Positions 16,802 to 26,341 of a DNA stretch of 30,967 bases are shown here, piece after piece. A model generated the notes under the pieces. The model ran no database searches. It was not told where the DNA came from and saw nothing but the letters and a program-made list of their open reading frames with translations. Position 1 is the stretch's first letter. Each line of letters starts with the position of its first letter. Source of the stretch: an uncultured virus (IMG/VR IMGVR_UViG_3300034196_000262) (taxonomy: Duplodnaviria > Heunggongvirae > Uroviricota > Caudoviricetes); the IMG/VR virus record IMGVR_UViG_3300034196_000262, one strand, 5' to 3'. Made by a program: the position numbers and the translations under genes.

Positions 16802-16830
16802 ATTATACAAGCCTTAATGGCAATAGTCAA
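16802..16830 (-). promoter_or_regulatory. Near-consensus sigma70 promoter for nadE
   Basis: TTGACT-17 nt-TATAAT. Confidence 0.8.
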
Positions 16831-16852
16831 CTATCTATAAAAGCTTTTTTAA

Positions 16853-17701
16853 TTATATGATTGACATTTCAATGACTTGTTTGTAGTCATCAAACCTATT
16901 AATAAAATCATCAACATTCGGCATTTCAAGTTTATTTGTCTTCATAATTGAATAATAGAAGAGAACAGAAATGAATCTTTTCATATCTGGGATACTGTCA
17001 TTTTTATTAAAACTTAGGGAATGCAGTGGATCAGAATATTCATGATTAAGATAGTAAGTATCACCATTTTTTAACAATGATGCACTGAACATTCTATTGG
17101 ATTCAAAAATAGCGTAATCTTGAGTTCCAATGATGTCAAACATAGTTGCACTTCGATTTTTAATACTCATTTTGAAGTCATCAACAAGCTTAAATGATGA
17201 ACCATCTTTAATCAAATTGAATACAAATCTTGATTTTTCTGTGCATTCAATCTTCCTATTAAAAACCATACCAGAGAGTTCTGATTTTTGAGAAGCACTC
17301 AGATCTAAATCAAAATCTTCAAATTTTTTCAATTTTACTTCATTTACATTTTTATTTACTGAAATGTTTTCAACATACGATTCCAGAAATTGATTAGACA
17401 ACTTAATGAAGTGTTCAATATTGTCTATGTTAACAAATTTAAAGAAATCTATATTTGGGATGAAATAAAGAATAACATCATCTGGGATTTCTAGGTTTTC
17501 GTAATAAGAGACTATCATTCCAACGACAGTATTATCAATCAATACATCGGCTCTGGTGTCTTCAAATTTTCTCCAATTGACAGTTACACTTAAATTTTCA
17601 TTATTAAGCCGGTCTTCCAATGCTTTAATAAATGAATCTTTATGTCTGTAGATAGTAGGATTACCTATTTTTTTTAGATTAATTTCCTTAAAATCACTCA
17701 T
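16853..17701 (-). CDS. Hypothetical protein, C-terminal-tag family; paralog of 20130
   Basis: Ends VIEMSII; shares P.D..LYF.P and FK.VDDFK.SI.N with 20130. Confidence 0.85.
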   Translation of the reverse strand: MSDFKEINLKKIGNPTIYRHKDSFIKALEDRLNNENLSVTVNWRKFEDTRADVLIDNTVVGMIVSYYENLEIPDDVILYFIPNIDFFKFVNIDNIEHFIKLSNQFLESYVENISVNKNVNEVKLKKFEDFDLDLSASQKSELSGMVFNRKIECTEKSRFVFNLIKDGSSFKLVDDFKMSIKNRSATMFDIIGTQDYAIFESNRMFSASLLKNGDTYYLNHEYSDPLHSLSFNKNDSIPDMKRFISVLFYYSIMKTNKLEMPNVDDFINRFDDYKQVIEMSII

Positions 17702-17716
17702 ATTTAAATCCTCAGT

Positions 17717-18337
17717 TTAAAGGTTGACCATTTGAACAACAGCAGAATCCAAGAACGTGAGTTCACTTACCTGCTTTTCAATTTTTTGAGATCCATGAAT
17801 ATGCATGAAATCAAATTTAAATAGCTCCCAGTCATGAGTGTTAATATCTTTATTATTTGAGTGTTCAAAATAATGATAACTCGAATCGTATGATACCGAA
17901 CCAGAATTAATATTAAATCTTAATTTATAAGTAGCTAGAAAAGAAACCCCATCATCACCTATAACCATTCCAGCATATTCAATAGTTTCACGACCAGAAA
18001 GACTGGAAATCTTAATAATGTCGTCAATCGTATTTGATTGATATGTTGACTCTGAACCAAAACAAAAAACATGCATGAAATTCAAATCATGACAAACAGT
18101 AAGCAATTCTTTATTCAAATCATTTAAAACAGACGTGTTGAAAATAAGCGGCATCTCATGATGTGCTGATGTATCACTGATAATCAATACATATTCTTCG
18201 ACTGACGACATTAAGAAATGATATACATATCGTTTATAATCTTTCTCAAACACGACCGTTCGAATGTTTGAAGATCTGCTGTAATTAATTCGATATGAAG
18301 GGTTTGTGTGATTCTTAATCAAAGCTTCGAAGAACAT
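17717..18337 (-). CDS. Hypothetical protein, C-terminal-tag family
   Basis: Ends SELTFLDSAVVQMVNL; GAGG RBS before ATG 18337. Confidence 0.8.
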   Translation of the reverse strand: MFFEALIKNHTNPSYRINYSRSSNIRTVVFEKDYKRYVYHFLMSSVEEYVLIISDTSAHHEMPLIFNTSVLNDLNKELLTVCHDLNFMHVFCFGSESTYQSNTIDDIIKISSLSGRETIEYAGMVIGDDGVSFLATYKLRFNINSGSVSYDSSYHYFEHSNNKDINTHDWELFKFDFMHIHGSQKIEKQVSELTFLDSAVVQMVNL

Positions 18338-18529
18338 ATTTAATCCTCTAAAATGATTGATGTATATTATCATACTTAGCGAAAATAATCAATCATTACA
18401 AAGTATTAGAAGAAATGAACAATTTTTGTCCTTTTTATTCATGATATCTATTGTAAAATAACTATTTTTTTTAATTGACTTCTATTGTAAAAGTCATAAT
18501 ATGTACTTAATACATATATAAAAAACAAT

Positions 18530-19021
18530 ATGAAAAAACTTCTATTAACTTTAATCTTTTTAATGAATGTTACTTATGCAGATTACACATTGATGATGCC
18601 ATTGGAACAATCTGGTGGTGGTGCATTACCAGACAATTCAATTACTTTTGGTCAAACTGATACCACTACACCACCAGACAATCAAACTGGACAATTTGAC
18701 GTAATACTTAATCTTGAAGATTTAACATCAACATCCAGTAGTCCTTTATTTCATCAAATCAGTATACCAAACTGGGGTTCATACGGAATTGATTTAAAAG
18801 TATATTCAAACAACACTACAAAATTATCTATTGCCAGTGTTATTCTAACGGATACTAATTTAAATATTATTAACTTACCATTAAGCAATGTGAGTTGCCA
18901 AGCAACACTATGTTCGATTACTGTTAATAATACTGGTGGTTCTAATATTGAAGGTTCGCTTTTTAATGTTGGTAGTTTAGAAATAAGAGTTAACTATGAA
19001 CAACCGCCAACACCAAAATAA
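18530..19021 (+). CDS. Secreted beta-rich protein with a Thr/Pro linker
   Basis: Signal peptide (..TYA-D); PLEQSGGGALPDNSITF, then TDTTTPPDN linker and an S/N/T-rich domain with a Cys pair. Confidence 0.75.
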   Translation: MKKLLLTLIFLMNVTYADYTLMMPLEQSGGGALPDNSITFGQTDTTTPPDNQTGQFDVILNLEDLTSTSSSPLFHQISIPNWGSYGIDLKVYSNNTTKLSIASVILTDTNLNIINLPLSNVSCQATLCSITVNNTGGSNIEGSLFNVGSLEIRVNYEQPPTPK

Positions 19022-19032
19022 AATAACTATTA

Positions 19033-20121
19033 TTAAATTTCCATCATCTCGAACAATAATATTATTTCATCTTTTTTCTTAACAAAATCATACAGTGTGT
19101 ACAGATGGCTAAACGCTGATGAATCAGTATAAATTTTTTCTGAGTAAAGTGTTGATAGATTCAACGTGTCTGTTATTTTAATGTAAAACCTATCATTGCA
19201 AAAATACAAGCGAACGGTATCAAAGTCAGGTTTCAGTATCTCTGCTGGCTGCAGTAAAAGATGGCTATCTACTATATTATATTTTCTTAAATAACGTTGA
19301 ACTATTTTTGTATTGGTCATAATTTTATTAGGTTCAGTTACAGATTTTCTTTGCCAAAACAAATCCATATATTTATAAAAATGTTCTAAATCATCACTAA
19401 TATAAGAAGTTGGAGGCACATATTGATAACCCATGCCAGATCCTACTGTATACCTTGTTAAAAGCCTGTAATTGAGTTTTAAATTATTTTCTAATATCAT
19501 CTTGTAATGAAATTTTTCAGGTAAAACTAACATGTGTATACACAAGTTTTTCTTCATGTTATTAATAGCGTTTAATTGGAATTCTAATTTCTTTCTTAAA
19601 TCTGTGTTGTCGGCCAGTTTATTGTGAAAAAATTCTATTTTATGGTCATAATGTAAATTCCTAATATCACGTAACTCATTTATTCTTAAAAAATTAATAT
19701 GAATGTTATTTAAAGAAAGTGTTGGATTGTCGAATAAATTAATAAAATCATAATCAACAATTACGACAATATCATTATTTTTATTTAGAATATAAAAAGA
19801 ATTATTTATATTTCGGCTTGGAATAAATTTTATAGATAAACATGCTTTATCTTCGTCATGAATAAGTATTTGAAACAGTTGGCTATTCGATATTTTATTT
19901 AAAAATATATCAAATTTTCTGTCAATATTAATAATTGTCTGTTCAAATTCAGTTGAATAATTAGTATATCTAGATTCAACCATTTTAATGGTTTCCAAAA
20001 AAGTTTCTTTACTCATTTCTTGATTAATAAAAATTATTTTTTTTCTTGAAGTTTCTATTAAATTCAAATTTATATTATGATTATTAGAATTTTTAAGTGT
20101 TTGATCTACTATTACTGTCAT
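19033..20121 (-). CDS. Hypothetical protein, C-terminal-tag family
   Basis: GGAGG RBS; 362 aa; ends LFEMMEI. Confidence 0.8.
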   Translation of the reverse strand: MTVIVDQTLKNSNNHNINLNLIETSRKKIIFINQEMSKETFLETIKMVESRYTNYSTEFEQTIINIDRKFDIFLNKISNSQLFQILIHDEDKACLSIKFIPSRNINNSFYILNKNNDIVVIVDYDFINLFDNPTLSLNNIHINFLRINELRDIRNLHYDHKIEFFHNKLADNTDLRKKLEFQLNAINNMKKNLCIHMLVLPEKFHYKMILENNLKLNYRLLTRYTVGSGMGYQYVPPTSYISDDLEHFYKYMDLFWQRKSVTEPNKIMTNTKIVQRYLRKYNIVDSHLLLQPAEILKPDFDTVRLYFCNDRFYIKITDTLNLSTLYSEKIYTDSSAFSHLYTLYDFVKKKDEIILLFEMMEI

Positions 20122-20129
20122 GTAACCTC

Positions 20130-20927
20130 CTAAATAACGGTCATTTCAACAAGCTTTTTATATTCTTCTAAATTATTAAGATAGTTTTCAAATAATGGAC
20201 ACTCCATGCCAATTTCTATCATCACTGAATAATAAAACACAATGTCAGCAAAGTGTTTAATATCTGGAAGTGGTTCATTTGCAGAAAATTCAATAGAGTG
20301 AATAATAGTTGTCATTGAATTATCACGAATGCAATAACAGTCATCATCCTTAATGAAGAGAACACTTAACAGGTTACTAAATCTTTTCATGTCAAAAAGA
20401 TTCAAAGTATTGTTATGAATCGAGTATTTGAAATCATCAACTACTTTAAACTCATCACCTTCTCTAATCATCCGATAAACGAGATTACCTGTTTCATTAA
20501 AACAAATGGTTTCAGAGCATAGTGTGCCATAGAACGGCTTGTCTTCATGTTGAAGATCAAAACGAAAGTCCAACAAACCTTTCTGGGGTGTTTTGTCGCT
20601 GGCTTTTAATACATTCAATGTAACGAGTGTGTTTTTCAAAAGCTGTGAGGAATAGTCTAAAAATTGAGTGATTGAATCCATTTTACAATAATCAAAGAAC
20701 GAATAGTCAGGAAAGAAATAAAGATACATGTCTTCGGGAAATGGCATGTTTGCAAAAAAAGTAATAATTTTGCCCACACGAACATTGTCCACATTCACAA
20801 TACCTTGTGTATCACCATGTTGAAGATACGTGATAGTCACTAATGAGTCTTCGTTAATTAGGCGTTTTTTGAATGCCTTCGAGAAGGTATCAATGGTTTC
20901 TTGTGTAATCACTTGACTCTTATTCAT
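20130..20927 (-). CDS. Hypothetical protein, C-terminal-tag family; paralog of 16853
   Basis: Ends NNLEEYKKLVEMTVI. Confidence 0.85.
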   Translation of the reverse strand: MNKSQVITQETIDTFSKAFKKRLINEDSLVTITYLQHGDTQGIVNVDNVRVGKIITFFANMPFPEDMYLYFFPDYSFFDYCKMDSITQFLDYSSQLLKNTLVTLNVLKASDKTPQKGLLDFRFDLQHEDKPFYGTLCSETICFNETGNLVYRMIREGDEFKVVDDFKYSIHNNTLNLFDMKRFSNLLSVLFIKDDDCYCIRDNSMTTIIHSIEFSANEPLPDIKHFADIVFYYSVMIEIGMECPLFENYLNNLEEYKKLVEMTVI

Positions 20928-20936
20928 GGTTTACCC

Positions 20937-21353
20937 TCAATAAAACATCCAAATAGTGCCTAAATTCTTAAATATCTTTTGAACTGCAGTATCTTCAAAC
21001 AAAAGACCGGGAATACGCTTGACATCAGAAACAATAATATTTCCCCATTTATCATAGACCACACCAGTTTCAAAATACTCAGGTCGTTTAGGATCGGTAA
21101 TGTTAGCCGCCGCATAAACAGCCTCAACAGTAATCAAAGTCTTTTCACATTCGATGTGATGTGATTCACAAACACTGGCAGCGTTATTTAAGTAATATCC
21201 GCCATCATCAAATAATTTTCGTTCGATGATATGGTGACTATCAACAGATGGTTTGTCACAAAATATACAGGTGTGATTATCTCTTTCAAAACAGGCTGTT
21301 TTAAAATCTTCTCTGCTGAGTAATGTGTTTCCATCTAATTTTTTCTGTTTCAT
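20937..21353 (-). CDS. HNH endonuclease-like protein
   Basis: FERDNHTCIFC, DSHHII, N...VCESHH; AGGTG RBS before ATG 21353. Confidence 0.8.
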   Translation of the reverse strand: MKQKKLDGNTLLSREDFKTACFERDNHTCIFCDKPSVDSHHIIERKLFDDGGYYLNNAASVCESHHIECEKTLITVEAVYAAANITDPKRPEYFETGVVYDKWGNIIVSDVKRIPGLLFEDTAVQKIFKNLGTIWMFY

Positions 21354-21368
21354 CTTTATCACCTAAAT

Positions 21369-22217
21369 TTAAATATGTATCATTTCATGGAGCGACAGTT
21401 CTGCTTTCAAGTTATCCATGTCATTGATGGTTACGTTCTTTAGTCTAACCAATGAAATAATAGCAAGTTCAATGTCTTTTACGTCAGCCATCATAAATTC
21501 TTCATAAGTTAATTTAATTGTCTGATTATAGATTTCAAACTTGATCTTAATATCATCCAGAACAATACATGCTCCTGTGTCTACATTAATAGAGAAAAGA
21601 CTCTCAAAATAACCCGATTTATGTTTCGCTTTACTTTCAATCTTAATTTCTTTTGTAGATATTCTTACATCAAAATAATCACAAATAATCTTATTAGTTT
21701 CTACATAGATACCTTTTTCGTAAACTGTTCTGTAAATGTTCTCGTTACAATTTAACAAAATATCCATTTTCTTTAAAATTTTTAACAAATGCTTAGAATA
21801 CAAGCTACAAACAATGTCATGACTTTCCTTACCCGCATATCTATGACATAACCTTAGAAACATATCTTCTGGGGTTAGATTATGTTTATTAAAATCAAGC
21901 AAACTCATATCAAAACTTAACTCACGACTATTATTTGAAACGTGTGGCAACATATTAACGTTTTTAATTTTGTTATCAATATGTTCAAACCTCATCATAA
22001 CAGTGGGATGGTGGCCCCCTGAAATAGTAAATTCAAAAAAAACAGGGATATCCATTTTGTTTACAATTTGGTATTCAGCTTGAATCAACTTCAAAAAAGG
22101 TTCAATCCGTGTAAGATTAATAGTAATGTTCTTTTTTGAATTGCGAATCTTATTCGTCAGTGCTTTATAATCAATCTTGTCTAGATTGAATAAAGTTGTT
22201 GATTCTGTATATCTCAT
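21369..22217 (-). CDS. Hypothetical protein, C-terminal-tag family
   Basis: GAGG RBS; ends LSLHEMIHI. Confidence 0.8.
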   Translation of the reverse strand: MRYTESTTLFNLDKIDYKALTNKIRNSKKNITINLTRIEPFLKLIQAEYQIVNKMDIPVFFEFTISGGHHPTVMMRFEHIDNKIKNVNMLPHVSNNSRELSFDMSLLDFNKHNLTPEDMFLRLCHRYAGKESHDIVCSLYSKHLLKILKKMDILLNCNENIYRTVYEKGIYVETNKIICDYFDVRISTKEIKIESKAKHKSGYFESLFSINVDTGACIVLDDIKIKFEIYNQTIKLTYEEFMMADVKDIELAIISLVRLKNVTINDMDNLKAELSLHEMIHI

Positions 22218-22294
22218 GGAAAATCCTCATATCTCAATAATACCTATATTATAGCATAAAGATAGACTTTTTTCCATGCTTTTTAACTGTTTGT

Positions 22295-22834
22295 TTAAAT
22301 TTTAACCATATCATTTAAAACCAAAAGATTTTTAAAGTTGCGTTCACCTTTACGATATAGCCCGATAAGGCTATCATCAACAGCCCCATCCATTTCAGTA
22401 ATGTATTTACCGTAAATCATGTAAGGAATGATTGCGGGGTCAATATCTTCATAAATGTTACCATTGTCTTGAAGATTCCTTCTTGAATAGAAATAAAATG
22501 ACTTCCAATAAAGTGAATCTTTGAACAATATTTCTAAATCATGCGGTTTAAAGATAAAATCTATATCAATAGAGTCACGAACATTCAGACTAACTGTATA
22601 AGCCAACACTTCGCCGTTAACAATTGTCTCTTTTCCTGATGCCACAAATTTAAAATGTTCAGTAATGATACATTCAGAATCATCTAATAATTGAGAATCA
22701 ACTAGAATTTGTTTTAACGTCTTGTTATTGATGAGTAGCTTCATGTCGCCTCTGTCATTAAAAGTAACAGTGAATATTTTTTTCATTCTTTCAATAATGT
22801 TGTCTGGAATAGACTTGCTTAGTGTAATAGCCAT
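22295..22834 (-). CDS. Hypothetical protein, C-terminal-tag family
   Basis: GGAG RBS; ends LVLNDMVKI. Confidence 0.8.
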   Translation of the reverse strand: MAITLSKSIPDNIIERMKKIFTVTFNDRGDMKLLINNKTLKQILVDSQLLDDSECIITEHFKFVASGKETIVNGEVLAYTVSLNVRDSIDIDFIFKPHDLEILFKDSLYWKSFYFYSRRNLQDNGNIYEDIDPAIIPYMIYGKYITEMDGAVDDSLIGLYRKGERNFKNLLVLNDMVKI

Positions 22835-22908
22835 GTATAATTGACTCCCAAATAATAGATCTCGTATTGTAATACATTCTGCGTATAGTTGTAAACTAAA
22901 AGTTTAAT

Positions 22909-22937
22909 AAAAAAAAGACATCCTAAGATATCTTTTT
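22909..22937 (-). terminator. Intrinsic terminator
   Basis: Minus strand AAAAAGATATC-TTAG-GATGTCTTTTTTTT after ORF 22953. Confidence 0.65.
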
Positions 22938-22952
22938 ATAATTAACTTAAAA

Positions 22953-23507
22953 TTAATTGTGAACAGTTGCTTTACTAATATTGATACAACTATCAACGAT
23001 TTCCCAGCATTCTTCTTTTGTTAACTGTTTACTGAATGGACAGACTGTTTCTGCGTTTTTCTCTTTAATTACCGAAGCATTTTCAAGAACTACGGCCCCA
23101 CGATACAAACGTGTAATGGCAAAGTCTGTTGATATCCTATGAAACTCATGACTTAACGATGTATAGCTGTCACCTTTTCTAAAATGTTGAACACTCTCTG
23201 GAATAACAATCACATTCACTTTTTGTGGTTTTACTATTTTTTCTTGTTTGCAATTTTCTTCAACCATAATGTAATCACCAAGACCCGAATGTATAGTAAA
23301 CAACTCTTGTGTGATTTTTCCCGCCATGATAGTTGAAATAAAGTCATATCTATGATTATGAATTTCTTCTACGTTGACTATGGGATTAACGTCTGGGTGA
23401 TAGAAATGCATTCTTAAATTATTGTCTAATTTTAGCTGGACAAAACCCAAACCAAAGAAATGTATCATTTGATGGTTTTTTCTTAAAAAATCGGTATCTA
23501 AATACAT
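22953..23507 (-). CDS. Cupin-fold (metal-binding double-stranded beta-helix) protein
   Basis: RMHFYHP..IHNHRYDFISTIMAG and GDSY....HEFHRI match cupin motifs 1 and 2. Confidence 0.65.
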   Translation of the reverse strand: MYLDTDFLRKNHQMIHFFGLGFVQLKLDNNLRMHFYHPDVNPIVNVEEIHNHRYDFISTIMAGKITQELFTIHSGLGDYIMVEENCKQEKIVKPQKVNVIVIPESVQHFRKGDSYTSLSHEFHRISTDFAITRLYRGAVVLENASVIKEKNAETVCPFSKQLTKEECWEIVDSCINISKATVHN

Positions 23508-23585
23508 ATCTTCACCTTTATTTGTTTATCCTATTATATAATAAGATTGATTTAATTCAATGACATCTAAAAAAGAAAGTTTTTC

Positions 23586-24266
23586 TTAAATAGTAAGCAT
23601 TTTCAACAAGAAAAGCTGTTCAGAAAACTCATGGGATGGAAGTGTAAAATCTACATCCATTACATCTCCTACATTGTAATAATTGGCTAAATCTTTTAAT
23701 GAATTAACAAGAAATTCCTTCTTTTTTACTTTGATTTTGCCATCAACAAAACGACACAGAATATCAACTTTACCAAGGAACTTGTCACCAGATTGAAAAT
23801 GAACTGTTAGTTTTATATTATCATCTGCTAATTTTGGTGAAAATAATTTATTCATAATTGAAATATTATAGGCTTTGTCAAAATAAAATTTTGTTTCTAT
23901 AAAAAGATGGACATCTGTATTATACAATGAATAGAATGCGATTAGATTGTTAAAATATAGATCCAAATTCATATCAAATTTGCTAAAATTTGTTATATTT
24001 TGTAATTCTGTCGAGTAATGTCGATGAACGACGTGGAAAAGTTCATAAGTTGGTCCATTACTCTTAACAAAAAAAACACCATTCTCTATATCATCATCAG
24101 TCACAGCAGAATTTGAGATAATTCTCGATAATGTTACATTGGCTGAATAAATGTTATTCATACCATTTTTTATGCTAGGTTTTAAAGAATTGATAGACTT
24201 CTTGGACAAATACATATTTTTATACATACTTTTAATTTTCTTATCAAGCGTTTTTTTATCGGTCAT
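23586..24266 (-). CDS. Hypothetical protein, C-terminal-tag family; paralog of 24300
   Basis: Ends LLKMLTI; shares VH.HY, KFDM.LDLY.NN and NKLF.PK.A.DNIK with 24300. Confidence 0.85.
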   Translation of the reverse strand: MTDKKTLDKKIKSMYKNMYLSKKSINSLKPSIKNGMNNIYSANVTLSRIISNSAVTDDDIENGVFFVKSNGPTYELFHVVHRHYSTELQNITNFSKFDMNLDLYFNNLIAFYSLYNTDVHLFIETKFYFDKAYNISIMNKLFSPKLADDNIKLTVHFQSGDKFLGKVDILCRFVDGKIKVKKKEFLVNSLKDLANYYNVGDVMDVDFTLPSHEFSEQLFLLKMLTI

Positions 24267-24299
24267 AGTTTTTAATCCTACTATTATAAGTTCATATTT

Positions 24300-24950
24300 T
24301 TAAATAGTTGCCATATGCAACAATAGGATACTTTGTTTAAAATCAGCTTCTGTTTGTGTGTAATCTAAATTAATTTCATCCGGTATGTTAAATCGTTCTT
24401 TAAAGTTATTGGTAATGTTCTCAAAAAAAGGATGAACATCTTTTTTATTTTGTATAATTATAACACCATTAACACACTCACAGGATAAATAAAAATCTCC
24501 TGCTATTAGGTATTGGTTAAAATGGAGTTCTAATTCTATCTTGATGTTGTCATTAGCGACTTTTGGTGGAAACAACTTATTAAGTAGCCAGCTATTTGAA
24601 ATACGATCTAAATACAACCTTGTATCTACAAAAAAATAAAAATGGTCGCTATACACTGAACAGAGGTTTAAAATGTTATTCATATACAAATCTAAATCCA
24701 TGTCAAATTTTTGAAAACTGACATGATTGGTATTCGGTGTTGCGTAATGGTGATGAACAAATTTAAACATCGAATCGGTTTCATTTTCTTTTTTATAAAA
24801 AATAATACGGTCTTCTTCCTCGGTGGTTCTATTGTAGTTATCCATATCAGATAGCTTTGCCTTACTTGAGTAAATAGCATTTAAAGACTTTAAAAAAAGT
24901 GGCATTAAATCATCCAATGTTTCAGGAGATATTACAGGCTTTATAGTCAT
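24300..24950 (-). CDS. Hypothetical protein, C-terminal-tag family; paralog of 23586
   Basis: Ends LLHMATI; GGAG RBS before ATG 24950. Confidence 0.85.
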   Translation of the reverse strand: MTIKPVISPETLDDLMPLFLKSLNAIYSSKAKLSDMDNYNRTTEEEDRIIFYKKENETDSMFKFVHHHYATPNTNHVSFQKFDMDLDLYMNNILNLCSVYSDHFYFFVDTRLYLDRISNSWLLNKLFPPKVANDNIKIELELHFNQYLIAGDFYLSCECVNGVIIIQNKKDVHPFFENITNNFKERFNIPDEINLDYTQTEADFKQSILLLHMATI

Positions 24951-24971
24951 AATTTGAAACTCCAAGAATAA

Positions 24972-25652
24972 TTATACATTCAACATTTGAAGAACCGTAG
25001 AATCTTCGGGAGTAAGGTCTTCTTTATTTTTACCAATCTTCGAAAAAATAACACTATCAAAAAGATCAGCAATAGACTGATTGTAGTCGTAATATTCAAC
25101 ATCCCCCGAAAGAATTCTATAATCTATTTCAATTCTTCTCTTTTGTAAGTTAACAATTGGATACATTCTTATTGTAAACTCATGTCCAAGCTGATCAGCG
25201 TATGCATTCAGTTCGAAACAAAAATTATCACCATCGTATTGAGTATAATACAAAATATCATCTATTTTTTCTGGACGTTTAACACCTGTGTGCTTTTCAC
25301 CATAAGCAAATTTATAGATTGAATGAACTTCATCATACACTCTACAAAAAAACTCAAGGATGGTTTCTTTTCCTGTAATATTGAAATATTTTTCAATATC
25401 TAAAAAGCCTTGCTTTCTATAACAATCAATAAGGAAAACATCGTCTTCATAATCATCGTCTTCTGGTGAAAAGAAAATGGTGTCATTCGATAAAATATAT
25501 GAATATTCATCAACAAAACCCAGAAGTAAAAAATCCTCAGAACGATTTAATTTAACCTTTACATGTTTTAAAGGTAGATCAGAGATAATATTTTCTTTCA
25601 TGATTACCAAAAGTTCTTGTGCAACTTCTTCTTTACTGAGTGTAGTTTTCAT
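24972..25652 (-). CDS. Acidic hypothetical protein, C-terminal-tag family; paralog of 25649
   Basis: Ends EDLTPEDSTVLQMLNV; shares PE...D.....YDGDN[FY] with 25649. Confidence 0.85.
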   Translation of the reverse strand: MKTTLSKEEVAQELLVIMKENIISDLPLKHVKVKLNRSEDFLLLGFVDEYSYILSNDTIFFSPEDDDYEDDVFLIDCYRKQGFLDIEKYFNITGKETILEFFCRVYDEVHSIYKFAYGEKHTGVKRPEKIDDILYYTQYDGDNFCFELNAYADQLGHEFTIRMYPIVNLQKRRIEIDYRILSGDVEYYDYNQSIADLFDSVIFSKIGKNKEDLTPEDSTVLQMLNV

Positions 25653-26341
25653 TGATCTTCCTTTTTATTATCGTCTGTAGTAAGTTTCCAAAAATATTCC
25701 GGCGTCTCACCTTCTGGCAGTGTCACATATTTGCTAATAAAACCAGCTTTCATTTCTTCAAAGTTGGCATACTGGTCATGCCCAATGAAATATCTAAATT
25801 TAAAAAAGAAGGTTTTCGTTTCAATATTTAACATAGGGTCTACAATTATCATGATTTTATTTTCATGCACATCATCAACGATAACAGTTCTAAGAAAATA
25901 GTTATCACCATCATAATACATCGAATCAATCATATCTTCCAAGGTTTCTGGTTTAGTTGAAATAATCTCAACACCCAAAAAGGTTTTATAAAGATCACTT
26001 AACTCTTCATACTGCTGGCGTATTGCGACCAGAAAAGAATCGGACATCGTTGAAAAATTATTCATATAATTAATAATGCTATACGGGTCGTAATAAATAA
26101 GATTAAACTCATCAGGTGATTCATTCTCGTCCAATTCAGCAGAACGCATCAAATTATAATAGTCTTCCGTAATTTCACCATCCTTACTCAGATTAAAATA
26201 AATTTCGTACAGATGTTCGTTAGGACACCTTACACTTTCCAAAACAATATCTTTACCCATCGCATTAACATTATATTCAAGTGCAGTTAAAACTTTTTTG
26301 AAAAGTTCTTCCGGTATGTTATTTAATTTTATATCATTCAT
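25649..26341 (-). CDS. Acidic hypothetical protein, paralog of 24972 lacking the final tag
   Basis: YYDGDNY; ends KLTTDDNKKEDQ; ATGA-coupled on both sides. Confidence 0.8.
   Translation of the reverse strand: MNDIKLNNIPEELFKKVLTALEYNVNAMGKDIVLESVRCPNEHLYEIYFNLSKDGEITEDYYNLMRSAELDENESPDEFNLIYYDPYSIINYMNNFSTMSDSFLVAIRQQYEELSDLYKTFLGVEIISTKPETLEDMIDSMYYDGDNYFLRTVIVDDVHENKIMIIVDPMLNIETKTFFFKFRYFIGHDQYANFEEMKAGFISKYVTLPEGETPEYFWKLTTDDNKKEDQ

Noticed and set aside
20937..21353. HNH gene as an intron-encoded homing endonuclease
   Set aside because: Both flanking genes are complete and there is no room for intron structure.
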